A DNA stretch of 50,378 bases. Source: Octopus bimaculoides (lineage: Eukaryota). The DNA is taken from the NCBI RefSeq assembly GCF_001194135.2, contig NC_068990.1, positions 7,679,700-7,730,077 on the forward strand, in the 5' to 3' direction. Below are positions 26,570 to 40,906 of this stretch, piece after piece. The first letter of the stretch is position 1; every line of letters starts with the position of its first letter. The translations under genes were made by a program, and so were the position numbers. The notes beneath the pieces were generated by a model, which was not told the origin of the DNA, did no database searches, and was given only the letters and a program-made list of their open reading frames with translations.

Positions 26570-26629
26570 CTGATTCCCACTACCGAGCAACTGATTTCCA
26601 CTACCGAGCAACTGATTCCCACTACCGAG
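26570..26629. repeat. 21-bp tandem repeat, about 2.9 units (CTGATTYCCACTACCGAGCAA)
   Basis: Units at 26570, 26591 and 26612, no spacers. Confidence 0.95.
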
Positions 26630-28480
26630 GACATTTCCTTTTATATATCTCCTATCATAAAGTTATGTCTATATTTTACCGACATTTGAGTGACATATTG
26701 AACTTATATTTTTCCACAACGTGTATCTGTCATTTAACCAGTCTATTTTCACAGTGATAAAATGTATGTCTAGAAGCGCGTACATTAATTACTTAATATG
26801 AGTCGATATCATTGCGTATTATTTGTAAGTAGCTGTATTCGGACAAAATGCTTCACACTGTAGACACGATGGCTGTGTTATTGTGATTATTCAAATTTCA
26901 TTTGACTTAGAAGTTGTGGTATTACTATATATCATGCTGTCGTTCATTAGAAACTGAAGTGAAATATATTGACTTCAACCAAAACTTAGTTTTCTCCCAC
27001 GTTGCTCGCAATCTTAAAGTGGCCAAAATAATAATTGTTAAAAAGGTATAATATTTATTGTCCCCTTAAAGATTCCTGGTGTGTTACAAGTAAAGTTATA
27101 TTTTGTGAGAATTGAACTTGGGAGACTGAAACAAAATGCAGTGTAGTTTCTAACCTTTTTACTTTGGTGTTTGTATGTTACAGCCTTTGTGACAACCCTT
27201 AAGCATGAAAACATATTGAATTCTTAAATAAACATAAGGCTACAATTATTGAAAAATAGAATTTCAAATGAAACTAAAAATTGAATTTGCTTCGTTAGCC
27301 ACTGTAAAGTTTAGTGAAATTTGAATGTATTAAATTGACGCAGGAAGGCATACTACATAAGCATTTTGCTCTACGTCATCGTCTTTAAGAACAATTCTTT
27401 GGAAACTTCTTTCTTTTAATGGAACCATTTGTCTTGGTGGAATAAATCAAATTGACTGGCTTGGAAATTCATCACAGAATGTCGTTTGTTCTGTAAAACT
27501 CCTTATAAAAGAATGAAGTAACATTTTTCCTTCTCATTAGAAACTCTCTAGACAAGAGACATTTCGAATTAATTATTTAACTGAAATGGAACGGTTTCAG
27601 TTGCATATTGAATCACTTTTATAATTTTTCAGGGAGTTTATATTTGTTCTGTTACGATATTTTAATGATTGTAAATAATGACCAGCCTTATTTAGTAGTA
27701 CAGATTATCCAAAATCGTTTACATTTCTGTTTCGAAAATATAAAGAAGTGACAAGTATTTGTTAGGCGTATGGAAACACACTTAAAAATATAACAAAATA
27801 ATCTTTATCGAACAATTCACATTTAATTTTTTTTGTTTGTTAAATTTGGAAGCTGTGTTTTTTGTTATTGTAATATATTATATAAGCTAACTAGTTTCTT
27901 CAGGATGTTTTGGCCGAGACAAAAGATAGAATTTAAAAACTAGCAAAAACAGTTAAATACATTGAAAATACTTAAATCTAGATTTTAAAAAACCTAACAA
28001 ACTTAAGTAGAAGGGTGATTCAGTATTTTATGCACGTAGAAATGAATACGTGGAAAAATAATATAATTTCGAGAAAATGAAACTAAAGCACTTTCTAGGA
28101 AAAATTAGTCACGCAGATCTGAATATCATTCCAAATATGACACTTCTTTTCCGTCTTTCACATCTTCCGCTGGTGGCATTTAGTTGCAATTTAATTAAAT
28201 AAAAGTATATAAAAATATTTAATAACCATCAGATGTCAGTATTCGAATTTGTTGTTGCGATTATTGTAACAGAAAGCTGGTTGTCTGAAATATAGGTGAA
28301 GTCAGTCTTTACTGATTATTCTTTACATTTTAGTAAAATAATCAGCAAGCGTTACAAACTGAATTCATCCCTGTAAGCGCAACTAAATATTCGCCGATTA
28401 CATAGCTTGACCACTGCTATTAATGGGGAAATAATCCGTACTCTGGAAATTAAGGCTTAGTGAATTTGGTCATATACATA

Positions 28481-28782
28481 AAGGCCCTCTTTGGTCATGA
28501 ATGACTATGGGATTGCTCCTAGAAAATTACCCTCCGAGACAGAAGTCCGCAGAAGTTTGTTTATGGAAGACTAGCAGTCACCCATGCATACCAGCTTCCT
28601 CCTTTCCAAACCACCAAGGAAAAGGCAAAGGCCGATACAGCTTCGCACCAGTGACATCACAACTCATTTCCACAACTGAATGAACAAGAACAACTCGAAA
28701 TAAAGTGTCTTGCTCAAGAACACAACACACCAGCCAGGTCCGGGAATCGAACTCGCTTTCTCATGATTGTGAGCCCGATGCA
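28481..28782 (-). mobile_element. tRNA-derived SINE, family D
   Basis: Minus-strand head with GAGTTCGATTCCCGGACC B-box, then GTGTTCTTGAGCAAGACACTTTATTTC core-like segment; single copy here, family recognised from memory of octopus repeats. Confidence 0.75.
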
Positions 28783-29870
28783 CCTTCACAAAAGTGTGAG
28801 ATTCTTACAGCACATAGGTTTCCAAAGCAGTCAACCATCTAAGAACTATCTTGGCTAGCGTTACGTAACTTCAGTGATATGGCGGTAAGCACAATACATA
28901 CATACATACATACATACTATATATACCCCTTTCCCTGCAAAGAAAATGCCAGTGCCCTCTTAAGCTTTGAATCACTAGGTCTGATAAGATGATCCATAAA
29001 TCAGAGTAAAAAGAAACAAAAAAAGAAACAAATAAAATCAGTGACAGTTAAAAATCTGCTTAGAATTATTTACTAGCCTGTATGGTGTGGCTAGGTCAAA
29101 ATGGCTTTTGTATTCTTCCTTTCTACTTGGAGAGTTTAAATGTAGTTATAAAAATATGTCCGTCTGTTGAAATGTAATTTCATTAAATTTCTATATCTTT
29201 GTGCAGCTGAGGATTGCTCTGCATTTTATATTTGATGTAACGTTCACATTGCATAAATAAATAGAGTCGCATGAAACGATCGTACTGCATTAACTTTGGA
29301 TATCCTCGTTGCTTATANNNNNNNNNNNNNNNNNNNNNNNNNNNNNNNNNNNNNNNNNNNNNNNNNNNNNNNNNNNNNNNNNNNNNNNNNNNNNNNNNNN
29401 NNNNNNNNNNNNNNNNNNNNNNNNNNNNNNNNNNNNNNNNNNNNNNNNNNNNNNNNNNNNNNNNNNNNNNNNNNNNNNNNNNNNNNNNNNNNNNNNNNNN
29501 NNNNNNNNNNNNNNNNNNNNNNNNNNNNNNNNNNNNNNNNNNNNNNNNNNNNNNNNNNNNNNNNNNNNNNNNNNNNNNNNNNNNNNNNNNNNNNNNNNNN
29601 NNNNNNNNNNNNNNNNNNNNNNNNNNNNNNNNNNNNNNNNNNNNNNNNNNNNNNNNNNNNNNNNNNNNNNNNNNNNNNNNNNNNNNNNNNNNNNNNNNNN
29701 NNNNNNNNNNNNNNNNNNNNNNNNNNNNNNNNNNNNNNNNNNNNNNNNNNNNNNNNNNNNNNNNNNNNNNNNNNNNNNNNNNNNNNNNNNNNNNNNNNNN
29801 NNNNNNNNNNNNNNNNNNNNNNNNNNNNNNNNNNNNNNNNNNNNNNNNNNNNNNNNNNNNNNNNNNNNNN

Positions 29871-29979
29871 ATGAAAGGCAAAGTGAATCTCTGTGGAATT
29901 TGAACTCAGAACGTAAAGACGGACGAAATGATGCTAAGCATTTTGCCCGGCGTGCTAACGATTCTGCCAGCTCGCCTCC
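29871..29979 (-). mobile_element. SINE family A 5' part (rest lost in the gap)
   Basis: ATGAAAGGCAAAGTG...TTTGAACTCAGAACG...CTGCCAGCTCGCC. Confidence 0.88.
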
Positions 29980-29999
29980 TTATGAGAATAATTAATATT

Positions 30000-30506
30000 C
30001 TTTTCTCTTCTACTCTAGGCAGAAGATCCGAAATTTTGGGGGAGGTGGGGGTCGATTAGATCGACCCCAGTACGCGACCGGTACTTAATTTTTCGACCCC
30101 AAAAGGATGAAAGGCAAAGTCGACCTCAGCGGAATTTCAACTCAGAACGTAAAGACAGACGAAATACCGCTACGCATTTCGCCCGGCGTGCTAACGTTTC
30201 TTATTTCTTTACTGCCGACAAGGGGCTACACAGAGAGACTGAACCTGGAACCATGTGGTTGGAAAACAAGCTTCTTATTTCTTCACTGCCCAGAAAGGGC
30301 TACACACAGAGGGGACAAACAAGGACAGACAAACGGATTATGTCAATTATACCGACCCCAGTGCGTAACTAGTACTTCTTTAATCGACCCCGAAAGGATG
30401 AAAGGCAAAGTCGACCTCGGCGGAATTTGAACTCAGGAAGTAGCGGAAGACGAAACACCGTTAAGCATTTCGCCCGGCGTGCTAACGTTTCTGCCAACTC
30501 GCCGCC
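30000..30506 (-). mobile_element. Composite dimeric SINE A with an internal family C fragment; ~20-bp TSD
   Basis: Two family A monomers joined at GCTAACGTTTC|TTATTTCTTT (30200/30201); TSD 29980-29999 versus 30507-30526 (3 mismatches). Confidence 0.9.
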
Positions 30507-32377
30507 TTACGAGAACAATTCATATTGATAATATTAATAACAGAATGTTTATTAAACTGACGTCAAGCACAGAAAAGAACGGCACAACAAAATGTGATCT
30601 GTTTCGAGTTATACACAGATCAAATAATACCTTAAAGATAAAAATCAAAATATATTTCGATGAATATTTCAGTGTATATAAACGACACAGAACACAAACA
30701 TTGCCGAGTGGTGCTAGAAAGATGGAGTGTTACTATACACAAGCAAAAATTGGACTTGTAGAAAAAACAGAAAAGATGATAAAAGCCAATTATTTGTATA
30801 GTACATGGAGGACGCAATGCATCGAGTTTGTAAAGTTTTGCTTTGAAATTGTCATTTGCCTGTATGATGGAAAAACAAATAACGAAACCATCTCCGCTTT
30901 ATCAGTGAGGGAGAAGGAAAATTTGCTTATAAAATCACACTAACGAACACACACACAAGCACACACACACACGCACACACACACACGCACACACACACTC
31001 CGCATACATATGTAGTTATGTATGTATCTATAGCTGCTAATATATGTATGTGCGTGCGTATACATACACACGCACGCGCAAACACACACACATACATACA
31101 TATATAAACACATACATATAAAGTTATATATATATGCATCTGTACATCTCGGTGTATACACATACGTACACACACATACNNNNNNNNNNNNNNNNNNNNN
31201 NNNNNNNNNNNNNNNNNNNNNNNNNNNNNNNNNNNNNNNNNNNNNNNNNNNNNNNNNNNNNNNNNNNNNNNNNNNNNNNNNNNNNNNNNNNNNNNNNNNN
31301 NNNNNNNNNNNNNNNNNNNNNNNNNNNNNNNNNNNNNNNNNNNNNNNNNNNNNNNNNNNNNNNNNCACACATACATACATATATAAACACATACATATAA
31401 AGTTATATATATATGCAAGCATATATATGCATCTGTACATCTCGGTGTATACACATACGTACACACACATACATACATGCACACTCGTGTGTGTATGCTT
31501 GTAGGGAGAAAATTAAAGTGTGAGAATGAGAAACAGACCCAAGTAAAATACATTAAAACGTCTTGCAATTCAAAAACACAATTAACTTAACCCTAACCCT
31601 AACTACATTGAAACCTATTTGTCACGTGTACACCCACACCAACACACCTCACAATCACACTGAGGTATGTTTCTTATGTTAGAATCCTCCCTCAACACTA
31701 TTAGAAGAGACACTGGTATCAGCTTAACTGATATAACTATACTTATGTTATAATATCCTTTTTGATTTCTCGCTTCTGTTTATTGAAGTGTGCTAATTTG
31801 AAATGAAGTTATTTCCGGTAGATGATAGATTTTTACAGCATGAGTAATTTCCCTTTGCAGTTAACTCTTTTTTTTTTTTTCATTTTTATTTTACCTGTAA
31901 GTATATACGTGAAACGTTAGAATTGATGTATGACATTTTATGTTGTATTTCTGTTTTTTTTTCGCAATCGTAGCATTTTTTTAGGGGTAGATTGGAAACT
32001 ATATTGAATAAGCATAATTTTTGAAATATTCGAAATGTTAATTGCTAGTTTACCAAAACAGTTTACAAATAATAGGATTTTTGATAATGAAATTGGTGTA
32101 AAACTAACGAAAACAACTGGTTTTGAATTACTGTATAGACAATTTTTATCGGTTATCAGTTCATATATTACCTTGAATGACCATACGTACATACATACAT
32201 ACATACATACATACATACATACATTCACTACTTTCTCCGAGGAATTATCTCGCAGATTATCATAGTTATAAAGTGCAACATTATCAATAAATTCACAAAA
32301 CATTAGAAACGATAATAGTTACCATGTTCCACTTCGATTTTCACAACTGGTATTAGTGTACACACACACGCACACAC

Positions 32378-32422
<45 letters not shown>

Positions 32423-32777
32423 CTTCTATGTATATATGTATGTACCTCTGTGCATATGTGCGTGTGTGTGCATGTCTGTATACATATATATANNNNNNNN
32501 NNNNNNNNNNNNNNNNNNNNNNNNNNNNNNNNNNNNNNNNNNNNNNNNNNNNNNNNNNNNNNNNNNNNNNNNNNNNNNNNNNNNNNNNNNNNNNNNNNNN
32601 NNNNNNNNNNNNNNNNNNNNNNNNNNNNNNNNNNNNNNNNNNNNNNNNNNNNNNNNNNNNNNNNNNNNNNNNNNNNNNNNNNNNATATATATATATATAT
32701 ATATATAATTTATATAAGGGCATTACTATATAGTAATGCCTCACGCGATATATTCTTATAACGATTTTATCCTATAT

Positions 32778-32814
<37 letters not shown>

Positions 32815-33345
32815 TGAAAGTATGTACAAATATTCTCGCGCGCGCGCACACACATACACGCACATACATATATATATTAGGATGGATGGATGGATAAATG
32901 GACTTGCAAAATGTGTCTTTCAAAAGAACATAGAACAAAAAATGCATTATTCATATGAATAAGTTAACAAAATCGGTAGATATCTGTATGTTGTAGCTTT
33001 GTCATCTCTGTTTATAAATATCGTTACCCAATTTGGCAAATATGTAGGAACGTTTTTTTGTTTTTTGCAAACTTAAATCAAATATTTTAAAACTAGTTTT
33101 TTTACTTCAATTTTAGACTTAGAAAACAATCTTATCCGAATTGAAGTGTTTGTTGAAAATAGAAAGAATGTGAACATATAATGACATCTATATGTCAAGG
33201 TGACAATTTGACAAATTTAATGGTAAATATACATACATACATATACATATATACATGCATGCAAACATACATACATAAGTGCATACATGCATACGTACCT
33301 ACAAACATACATGTATACATACATATACATACATATACATATATT

Positions 33346-33379
<34 letters not shown>

Positions 33380-33787
33380 CATGTGGCTACCGTAGTGGGC
33401 TAGACTCTTCGTAAGATTGGAGAAGCTGTGTCAGTACTGTTGAGCGCCCTACAATACATATAGTCTGCTCCATTATGATTCATCATCATATGGATTAATC
33501 TGCCCAAAACGCTTCTACTTCATCTAACGATGTTTACTTGCAGATGCACATAGAAAAAGAACAGAAGACTTTGTTAAATGCTTACGATAGAAAGCCTTTC
33601 AGTTTGACGGCGAGTTACCGATAACGACCTGGGAACTTTGCGATATGAAATCACGGTAATTTCCTTCTCGTGTCAAAAGTCTTCACCCTTTCGAGATTTG
33701 CTGAACATTATTTCCACGATTAAATTTAGTAAGTACTCTTACTCTAACTAGTTCCAATCTAAAATAGTTAAACAATATACGACGAGG

Positions 33788-33993
33788 TGCAGTCGTGACT
33801 GTGTGGCTAGCAGCGTGCTTGCCAACATAATGGTTCCGGGTTCAGTCCTACGGTGTGGCACCTGGGCCAAGTGTTTTCTGCTATAGCCTCGGGCCGATTA
33901 ATGCCTTGTGAGTGGTTTTCGTAGAAAGAAACTGAAAGAAGCCCATCGTATATACATGTATATATATGTATGCGTGTGTGTGTGATTATGTCT

Positions 33994-34065
<72 letters not shown>

Positions 34066-34282
34066 ATTCGTCTGCATTTTTCTGTCTGTTTTTGTCCCCA
34101 CCACCACTTGACAACCGGTCTTGGTGTATTTACGTCCCCGTAAATTAGCGGTTCGGTGAAAAATATCGATAGAATAAATACCTCTCTTAATAAAAAGTAC
34201 TGGGATTGATTCATTCGACAAAAGATTATTCAAAGTAGTGCCCCAGAATGGCCGAAGTCTGACGATTGAAACAAGTAGAATA
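33788..34282 (+). mobile_element. Full-length SINE family C with internal (TG)/(TA) microsatellite
   Basis: Head GGTTCCGGGTTCAGTCC, GGCACCTGGGCCAAGTGT, internal simple repeat, 3' part GACAACCG...GCGGTTCGG...GAAACAAGTAGAA. Confidence 0.88.
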
Positions 34283-34409
34283 TTAAAGATTTAAAAACGC
34301 TAATCGTAAGCTGATATTTTCAGACAAGACTAAGTCTTTACGAAATAGATAGGGATATGCATAATAAATTATTAGTTAATAGCATTACGGATAAATACAG
34401 AATGTCTGA

Positions 34410-34563
34410 TATATTTCACCGAACCGCTAATTTACGGGGACGTAAATACACCAAGACCGGTTGTCAAGTGGTGGTAGGGACAAAAACAGACAGAAAAACG
34501 TAGACGAATACAAACATATATATATATATATATGTATGCGTGTTCGTTTTTCTGTGTGTGTGC

Positions 34564-34618
<55 letters not shown>

Positions 34619-34686
34619 AAGACATAATCACACACACACACATACATATATATACATGTATATACGACGGGCTTCTCTCAGTTTCT
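34410..34686 (-). repeat. Inverted duplicate of the middle of the adjacent SINE C (33927-34166)
   Basis: Shares variants GGTCTTGGTGTATTTACGTCCCCGTAAATTAGCGGTTCGGTGAAA and TGATTATGTCTTTGTG with the neighbouring copy. Confidence 0.9.
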
Positions 34687-34764
34687 ATCTGACAACTGTT
34701 TTAATATTGATGCTAATTCCCTTGCAATAAGTTTAATAAACATAAAAAAACCTCCCCAAAAATT

Positions 34765-34889
34765 GGATGTCTATCTAAGAGGGAAGGTCTCATTTCACTG
34801 AAAGATCATAAATCCGACTTTCACAGGACACCTAAATAAAGATTAATTAACCTGGCTGAGATTGAACTGGGTTTAGCGAGCAAAAACAG

Positions 34890-34920
<31 letters not shown>

Positions 34921-35935
34921 AAGAAACACTCATAATAAAAATTAAGGAATCTCCGAACTTTCTACTATGGACTTATAGCTTCTCGGTGATATCTTGGTTG
35001 AAATCTGTATCATTGATTTCTACTCGTCGGTACCTGAACCACTGTTGCGTAACGCATTGAAGTTTGTAACTATCGATAAGCACGCACGCCAGACACTGTT
35101 ATATAGTGGTGGATGTATTTGGACCAAAGGGATAACCCAAGTGAACTATTCGATATCCCAATGAGTTCGTATGGCTGCACAGATATATGCGATTTGGTTG
35201 GTTTTTACATATTAGACCATCTAAATTTGAAATTCCCCATTTACTGGGATGTTGCTGTGAACAGTTATAACGAACGGACGATGGATTTCATTATAAAACA
35301 GTTGAAGTTTCAACATTTAGTTCTTTAGGGCTTAATATCTTTATTGACAAAATGTAACTAGAACTAGCTTGTTAAAATGTTTCCTTAGAGCTCAAAACTA
35401 ATTCTTATAAGCCCTTCTATAAGCCTAACAAAAGTCTGAAATATATTAATAAACATTTCTACCATCCACTTATTGTATATATGAAGTTAATTCCGAACAT
35501 TAGCCGTAGGATTACATGGCTTTCTTCTTGCCTATATCAATAAACAACCAATGACTCAAACCTTTCCCGCATGAACGTGCAGCGATAAATCTAAATATTC
35601 TCAAGGGCAGGTATGCAATATGTTCTACGTTGTTTATGAGGCACCAGTATCAGCAAACTATGCCAACGGCCGTACAACGACCAAACGTTACATTGGATTA
35701 ATGGAAAGAGGAATTTTAAATTCAGATACATCAACCATTTCCGACCTTTAGGCACCGCAAGAAGAGACATGCAAAAACCCTCTCGGCATTAATCTGGAAA
35801 TTAAGATGAAAACATCAACTACATCAACTGGAAAATCCTTTTCAACACCGAACCTTATATTAACGGGCCAAAAGGACGTGCGATATGTTCCCTTGAAAAA
35901 CCGGACTTTTAAAAAAGTTTTAAGAGCGTATAACT
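34765..35935 (+). mobile_element. Internally deleted Penelope-like element: RT plus GIY-YIG endonuclease
   Basis: ISLKDHKSDF..P..RLINLA, LFDIPMSSYGCTDICDLVGFYIL, YKPFYKPN, SRRITWLSS; then VYEAPVS...KRYIG...HF.TFRHRKK...WKLK..NI..INWKIL..TEPYING (with frameshifts). Confidence 0.9.
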
Positions 35936-36253
35936 GTAAATTCCAGGAATGAGATTTTTTTTCTTTACGTTCGCATTTTCAAAATGTGCAAAATTATACA
36001 CAACCAGACACATCGTCAACCAATCCAGTCTGGTTTACGTAAGGTTGATAAACGTAATGTCTGTTTTAACGTCGGTTATCTCCCTTCTGTTTCTCTCTCT
36101 CTGTCTTTTTCTCACTTCTTTTCCAATGGCACACTCTCTCTATTCCATATCTGCTTAAGGCTTGTTTGTGTGTCTTATTGTTGAGAAGTTCTATACCTAT
36201 ATCGATATCTATATTTATATGGATGTAAGAGAGAAGGCAGATGAAAGAAGTAG

Positions 36254-36316
<63 letters not shown>

Positions 36317-36420
36317 GAATAAGTAGGCATATATACATTATGTTCATCTGAATATATATCTTTGACGTTATGACTAATACACACAGACACACACAGACAC
36401 ACTTGCACACACACACACAC

Positions 36421-36481
<61 letters not shown>

Positions 36482-36506
36482 CACACACACACACATTATT
36501 ACTCAC

Positions 36507-36600
36507 CTTTCATATAATGCATGTTGAGGCTTTAGAACTAACGCCATGAGCGAAACTGAGCAGTTTAGGGAGAAAATGTCCCACTTGATATTTTGTAATT
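36507..36600 (-). CDS. Candidate 94-nt exon (phase 1 to 2): (E)LQNIKWDIFSLNCSVSLMALVLKPQHALYE(R/S)
   Basis: Strong acceptor ctgtttgtttctttgtacctttag| and donor GAAAG|gtgagt; exactly one open frame; unique sequence between two (CA)n arrays; protein not recognised. Confidence 0.5.
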
Positions 36601-36977
36601 CTAAAGGTACAAAGAAACAAACAGACGCACGCACGCACACACACACACACGCGCATACACACGCACACACACCCATACACACACATGCAACTTTTCTCAC
36701 ATGACGCAAGGATATATGTGATGTGAATGATAGGCTAATGGCACAACGAGAAGTGATTCAGAGCACCTGGTAAAATATGAAATGTACTCATAGTTAAGGT
36801 ATGCTTATTGGACGTAGCCGAACACATATATTAGATTATAATGCTGATTCTGTATTTGCTTGTGTCTTAGTATGTAAATATGTTGGATTATAGACATCAT
36901 GAAATACAATCAAAATAGAATCCTATGTGACGGAATCAAGTTCCCTGCACTGAATAATGAAGTGTTTACTTTCGTCT

Positions 36978-37013
<36 letters not shown>

Positions 37014-38263
37014 TCTCTCTATCTATCTCTCTATCTATCTCTCCCTCTCTCTCTCTCCCTCTCTCTCTCTCTTCCCTTCTCTCTTTCTCTGTCTGTCTGT
37101 CGGTCTATCTGTGTTTTTCTCTCTCCCTGTATAGATTGTTCATATTAACAAGTTTCATTAAATATTGTGAGTCACTTTGGTTCGTAGGATCATCAATCTG
37201 TGTTAGTGTTTTTGTACAAATGTATGTACCATGTCACATAAAATAGAATTTCAGTTTTCAGTGGGTGAGCATGCGAAACATATACCAACAAAAATAGAAC
37301 AAAAAAAAATTAAATCTATTAGTAGCCAATATACACACATACGATTAAAAACTTGATTTCTTATCTGCCTCTCGAAATTAGACGATGCATCAATAATATT
37401 TGTCTTATGAAAATCTGGCTACACATAATCCAATGCACAGTTAGAACATGTATGAATAGTCGCATCAAATACATCTGGATACATGCATTTGACCGTTATA
37501 ATTTTATATACATCGTCATTCATGTATACATGTATTGGAGTAGCTAAGAGAATGAAAAAGAAAAATGCATTTTTTTTTTCAATAAGTTAACAATTATCTG
37601 CACATATATTTCTTTTTAACCGCAGTATTACATTCCGCCCCATCTAAACTGCTCATTTCAAACAGAAATTTTCTTTTCTATCGAAGTACATTATCGTTAA
37701 TTTATTGCCAATCAATATCGATCATATTGATTTCTGATCTCTTCCGACTACACAGGTCCTTAGCTTTCTTTTATTCTCTTTTTATTCAAATCAGAAAATA
37801 TGTTTACACTCATCTTAAGGAAAACTGAAATCTTTTTCTCTAATTTAATCTCGTTTACAAGAATTCTCATTTCATCTGTACAAATACTAAACACACACAA
37901 TCTGTATACCATAATTAAGATCTGCAATATATAGCTACATGTTTTAATGCATTGAAATGATGTATCTCCTAAGACAAGTACAATGTAAATACCCTCAAAT
38001 AAACATGATTAAAATAATAAAAAAAAAGGAGAAAATGAAAATATGGAACGATGACAAGAAGAAATCTCTACATTTTGACTGGAAAGGTAAAATCTCAATT
38101 TAGAATGCGTTTTGAAAGCAGTCTTGTCTCATTACAAACTCGCTTAATCATAAAGCAAAGAATCCCCCAAAAAGAAAAACAATACAGTAAGTGGACACTA
38201 TAACGGTGGCCCAATATAATAAATAGCGAATTATATAAGAATATTTCTCTCTCCTTAATACAC

Positions 38264-38337
<74 letters not shown>

Positions 38338-38486
38338 ATGTCTATCTATCTATATACATTGTATACATTATATATATATATACTTTAAGTGTTTTTGTGA
38401 GTAACATTTAAACATTCGAAGTAGGTGGAAAGGAAACTAAGGAAAGAGAATGGCGCGAGGAAGGAGAGAGAAAATCACATGCACAT

Positions 38487-38540
<54 letters not shown>

Positions 38541-38928
38541 GAATTGCGTCAGTTGTATTTATGACGTAACAACAGTCTTTCTGTGTTTCCAATTCAGTTT
38601 TTGGGTGTTTTCGCAATTTACGCTACAAAGGAAATTTATTTGCAGTCAATCACGCACACTCAGTACACCAACTCGCATACATGCACAAACGCACACACAG
38701 TCACATGCACATACGCACACAAACACACATATACACATTCATTCATTTATTCATATCCAAACACTTACGTACATAGTCAAATAATTATGCACACACAAAC
38801 CGATGACTAAAACATCAACATTAAAAGAAGCATAAGATTTGATGCTGTTGAATTTGTCCCACTTTATGTGAATTATCTTCTAACCCAATCTGCACGAACT
38901 CTGAATTATTCTATAAAGAGTGTTGTTG

Positions 38929-39042
<114 letters not shown>

Positions 39043-39174
39043 TTCTTAATTCGAAAGTGCCTTCTACGGTTTTCTTCGACTCATGATGTTTGACTGATGT
39101 TTTCATGTACATAAATTGTGATCATTAATTTTATTTTCTCGTTTTATGCTTTGATTTCTCATACATTTGAGGGA

Positions 39175-40060
39175 ATTCAGGACACAGCCGACAGATTAGC
39201 CGCAGCAGCTCATGCATTTAGACTGACTATCATCATCAAGAAGACTGGAATTTTATCACAACCAAAACCTGAGGCAGAAAAGACTCAAAATTGAAATGTG
39301 ATGATTGTCAGAAGCGGCACTCAAATGAGTCAGATCATTGAAATATCTTGTAAGTAGAGTAAACTTTAAGAGTAGTCTTGATGATGAAATCAATGTTAGA
39401 ATATCTAAGTCCGCAAGCGCTTTTGGAAAAACATACCCGTCATTTGTGAGATGAACACGGTGTTAGTCTGAAAACTAAAATAAGTATAGAAATTTCGTAT
39501 TTTGAACATACTTTTGTATGGTACAGAAGTATGAACTCCCTACTACTGATATATAAAGAAACTTGAAACCTTTAACAGTTGCTGTCAGTGCAATATCTGT
39601 AACATAAAACGACAAGATAAGATATCAAATATCAAAATCTTAGAAAAATGTGATATCTCCAGTATAAAAAGCATGCTGCTGAGAATTCAATGCAAATGGG
39701 TAAGGCACATTGTTCGAATGAAAGATGATCGCATTCAAAAATTTCTTTTGTATTGCCAGCAAGGGAAGTGACATCGCGGTAAGAGAAAATCCATCCGTAG
39801 ATAGAAGGATAAATTGAAGCAATCGCTGAGGTCTTTACAGTTTAATATGACATCTTTGGAGAGTCGTTACCTAGATCGATCAGCATGGCGGAAAATGTGG
39901 GATAGTACATCAAAACAATTTGAGTTGAAGAATTTATAACAATAAAAGAATTATATCCCGCAATCAACAGACACATTTGTGCAATCTCAGACACAATCAA
40001 AATCTTCAATGTCCCCAGTCTCAGTTCATGGCAAAATTAATTTCTGGACTAAAATTCCAT
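39175..40060 (+). mobile_element. RTE (BovB-like) LINE 3' portion, disrupted
   Basis: IQDTADRLAAAAHAFRLTIIIKKTGILSQP, DDEINVRISKSASAFGK, KWVRHIVRMKDDRI, DRSAWR. Confidence 0.9.
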
Positions 40061-40370
40061 TCGCAAATAGATGAATCCATCGCAAATAGATGCAGCTTCT
40101 TTTATTCTTCTATTTTCAAAGTTATTTTTCTTTGTCCCACCTTTTTTCCATCTCCTTCGAATACGTGGCAATGGACGACAGTGACCATCATATATGTACA
40201 AATAGACACACACACACACACACGTGTGTGTGTGTGCGTGTGCGTGTATGTATACAATATATACACATACATACATACATATATACATACATATATATAT
40301 ATATATANNNNNNNNNNNNNNNNNNNNNNNNNNNNNNNNNNNNNNNNNNNNNNNNNNNNNNNNNNNNNNN

Positions 40371-40427
<57 letters not shown>

Positions 40428-40876
40428 GATATATATGTATATATATATATAATAATGATAATAATATTAGGGATAAAAATTCCAATTGACAGGTAAAAAT
40501 TCAATTTAATTTATCAAAATTAAAATTAAATTAAGTTTCACACTATATAATATATAAATATATAATTTAGAGAAAAGAACCACAATTCTTGAACTCATCT
40601 ATGAAAATCCACGGTCACATATAGAAAAATTTAATAAGTAAATACACTAAAAAGATCTATAATAAAAATACAAAGTAATAAATTGATATGAATAACATAA
40701 CAAGAAAAAAATAATACTTTTTGCAGCGTCCAACATTCCAAATCACAAAAGTCTGGCATTTGATAACGACACCTAAACCACAAAAACTCATAATATATTA
40801 TATTTAAGTAAGCAATAATCATGACATGCAAATGTGCTGCTTCAATAGTTATTAGTGTTCTCTCTAATATACATAC

Positions 40877-40906
40877 CGGTCGTGGGGGTCGCACCCGAGG
40901 TGGCGG
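40877..40906 (-). CDS. Candidate 30-nt symmetric micro-exon: xATSGATPTT (phase 1) or PPPRVRPPRP (phase 0)
   Basis: cttgtctattttctacatttcag|CCGCCACCTCGGGTGCGACCCCCACGACCG|gtatgt; a very GC-rich island whose edges coincide with AG and GT in AT-rich flanks. Confidence 0.62.

Noticed and set aside
26570-26629. Possible CRISPR-like array
   Set aside because: Units are contiguous with no spacers, and the context is eukaryotic.
30479-30943. 154-aa plus-strand ORF
   Set aside because: Starts inside a SINE at a non-ATG codon, has AT-rich composition and no recognisable motif.
31587-31603. TAACCCTAACCCTAAC telomere-like motif
   Set aside because: Only about 2.5 units; too short to call an interstitial telomeric repeat.
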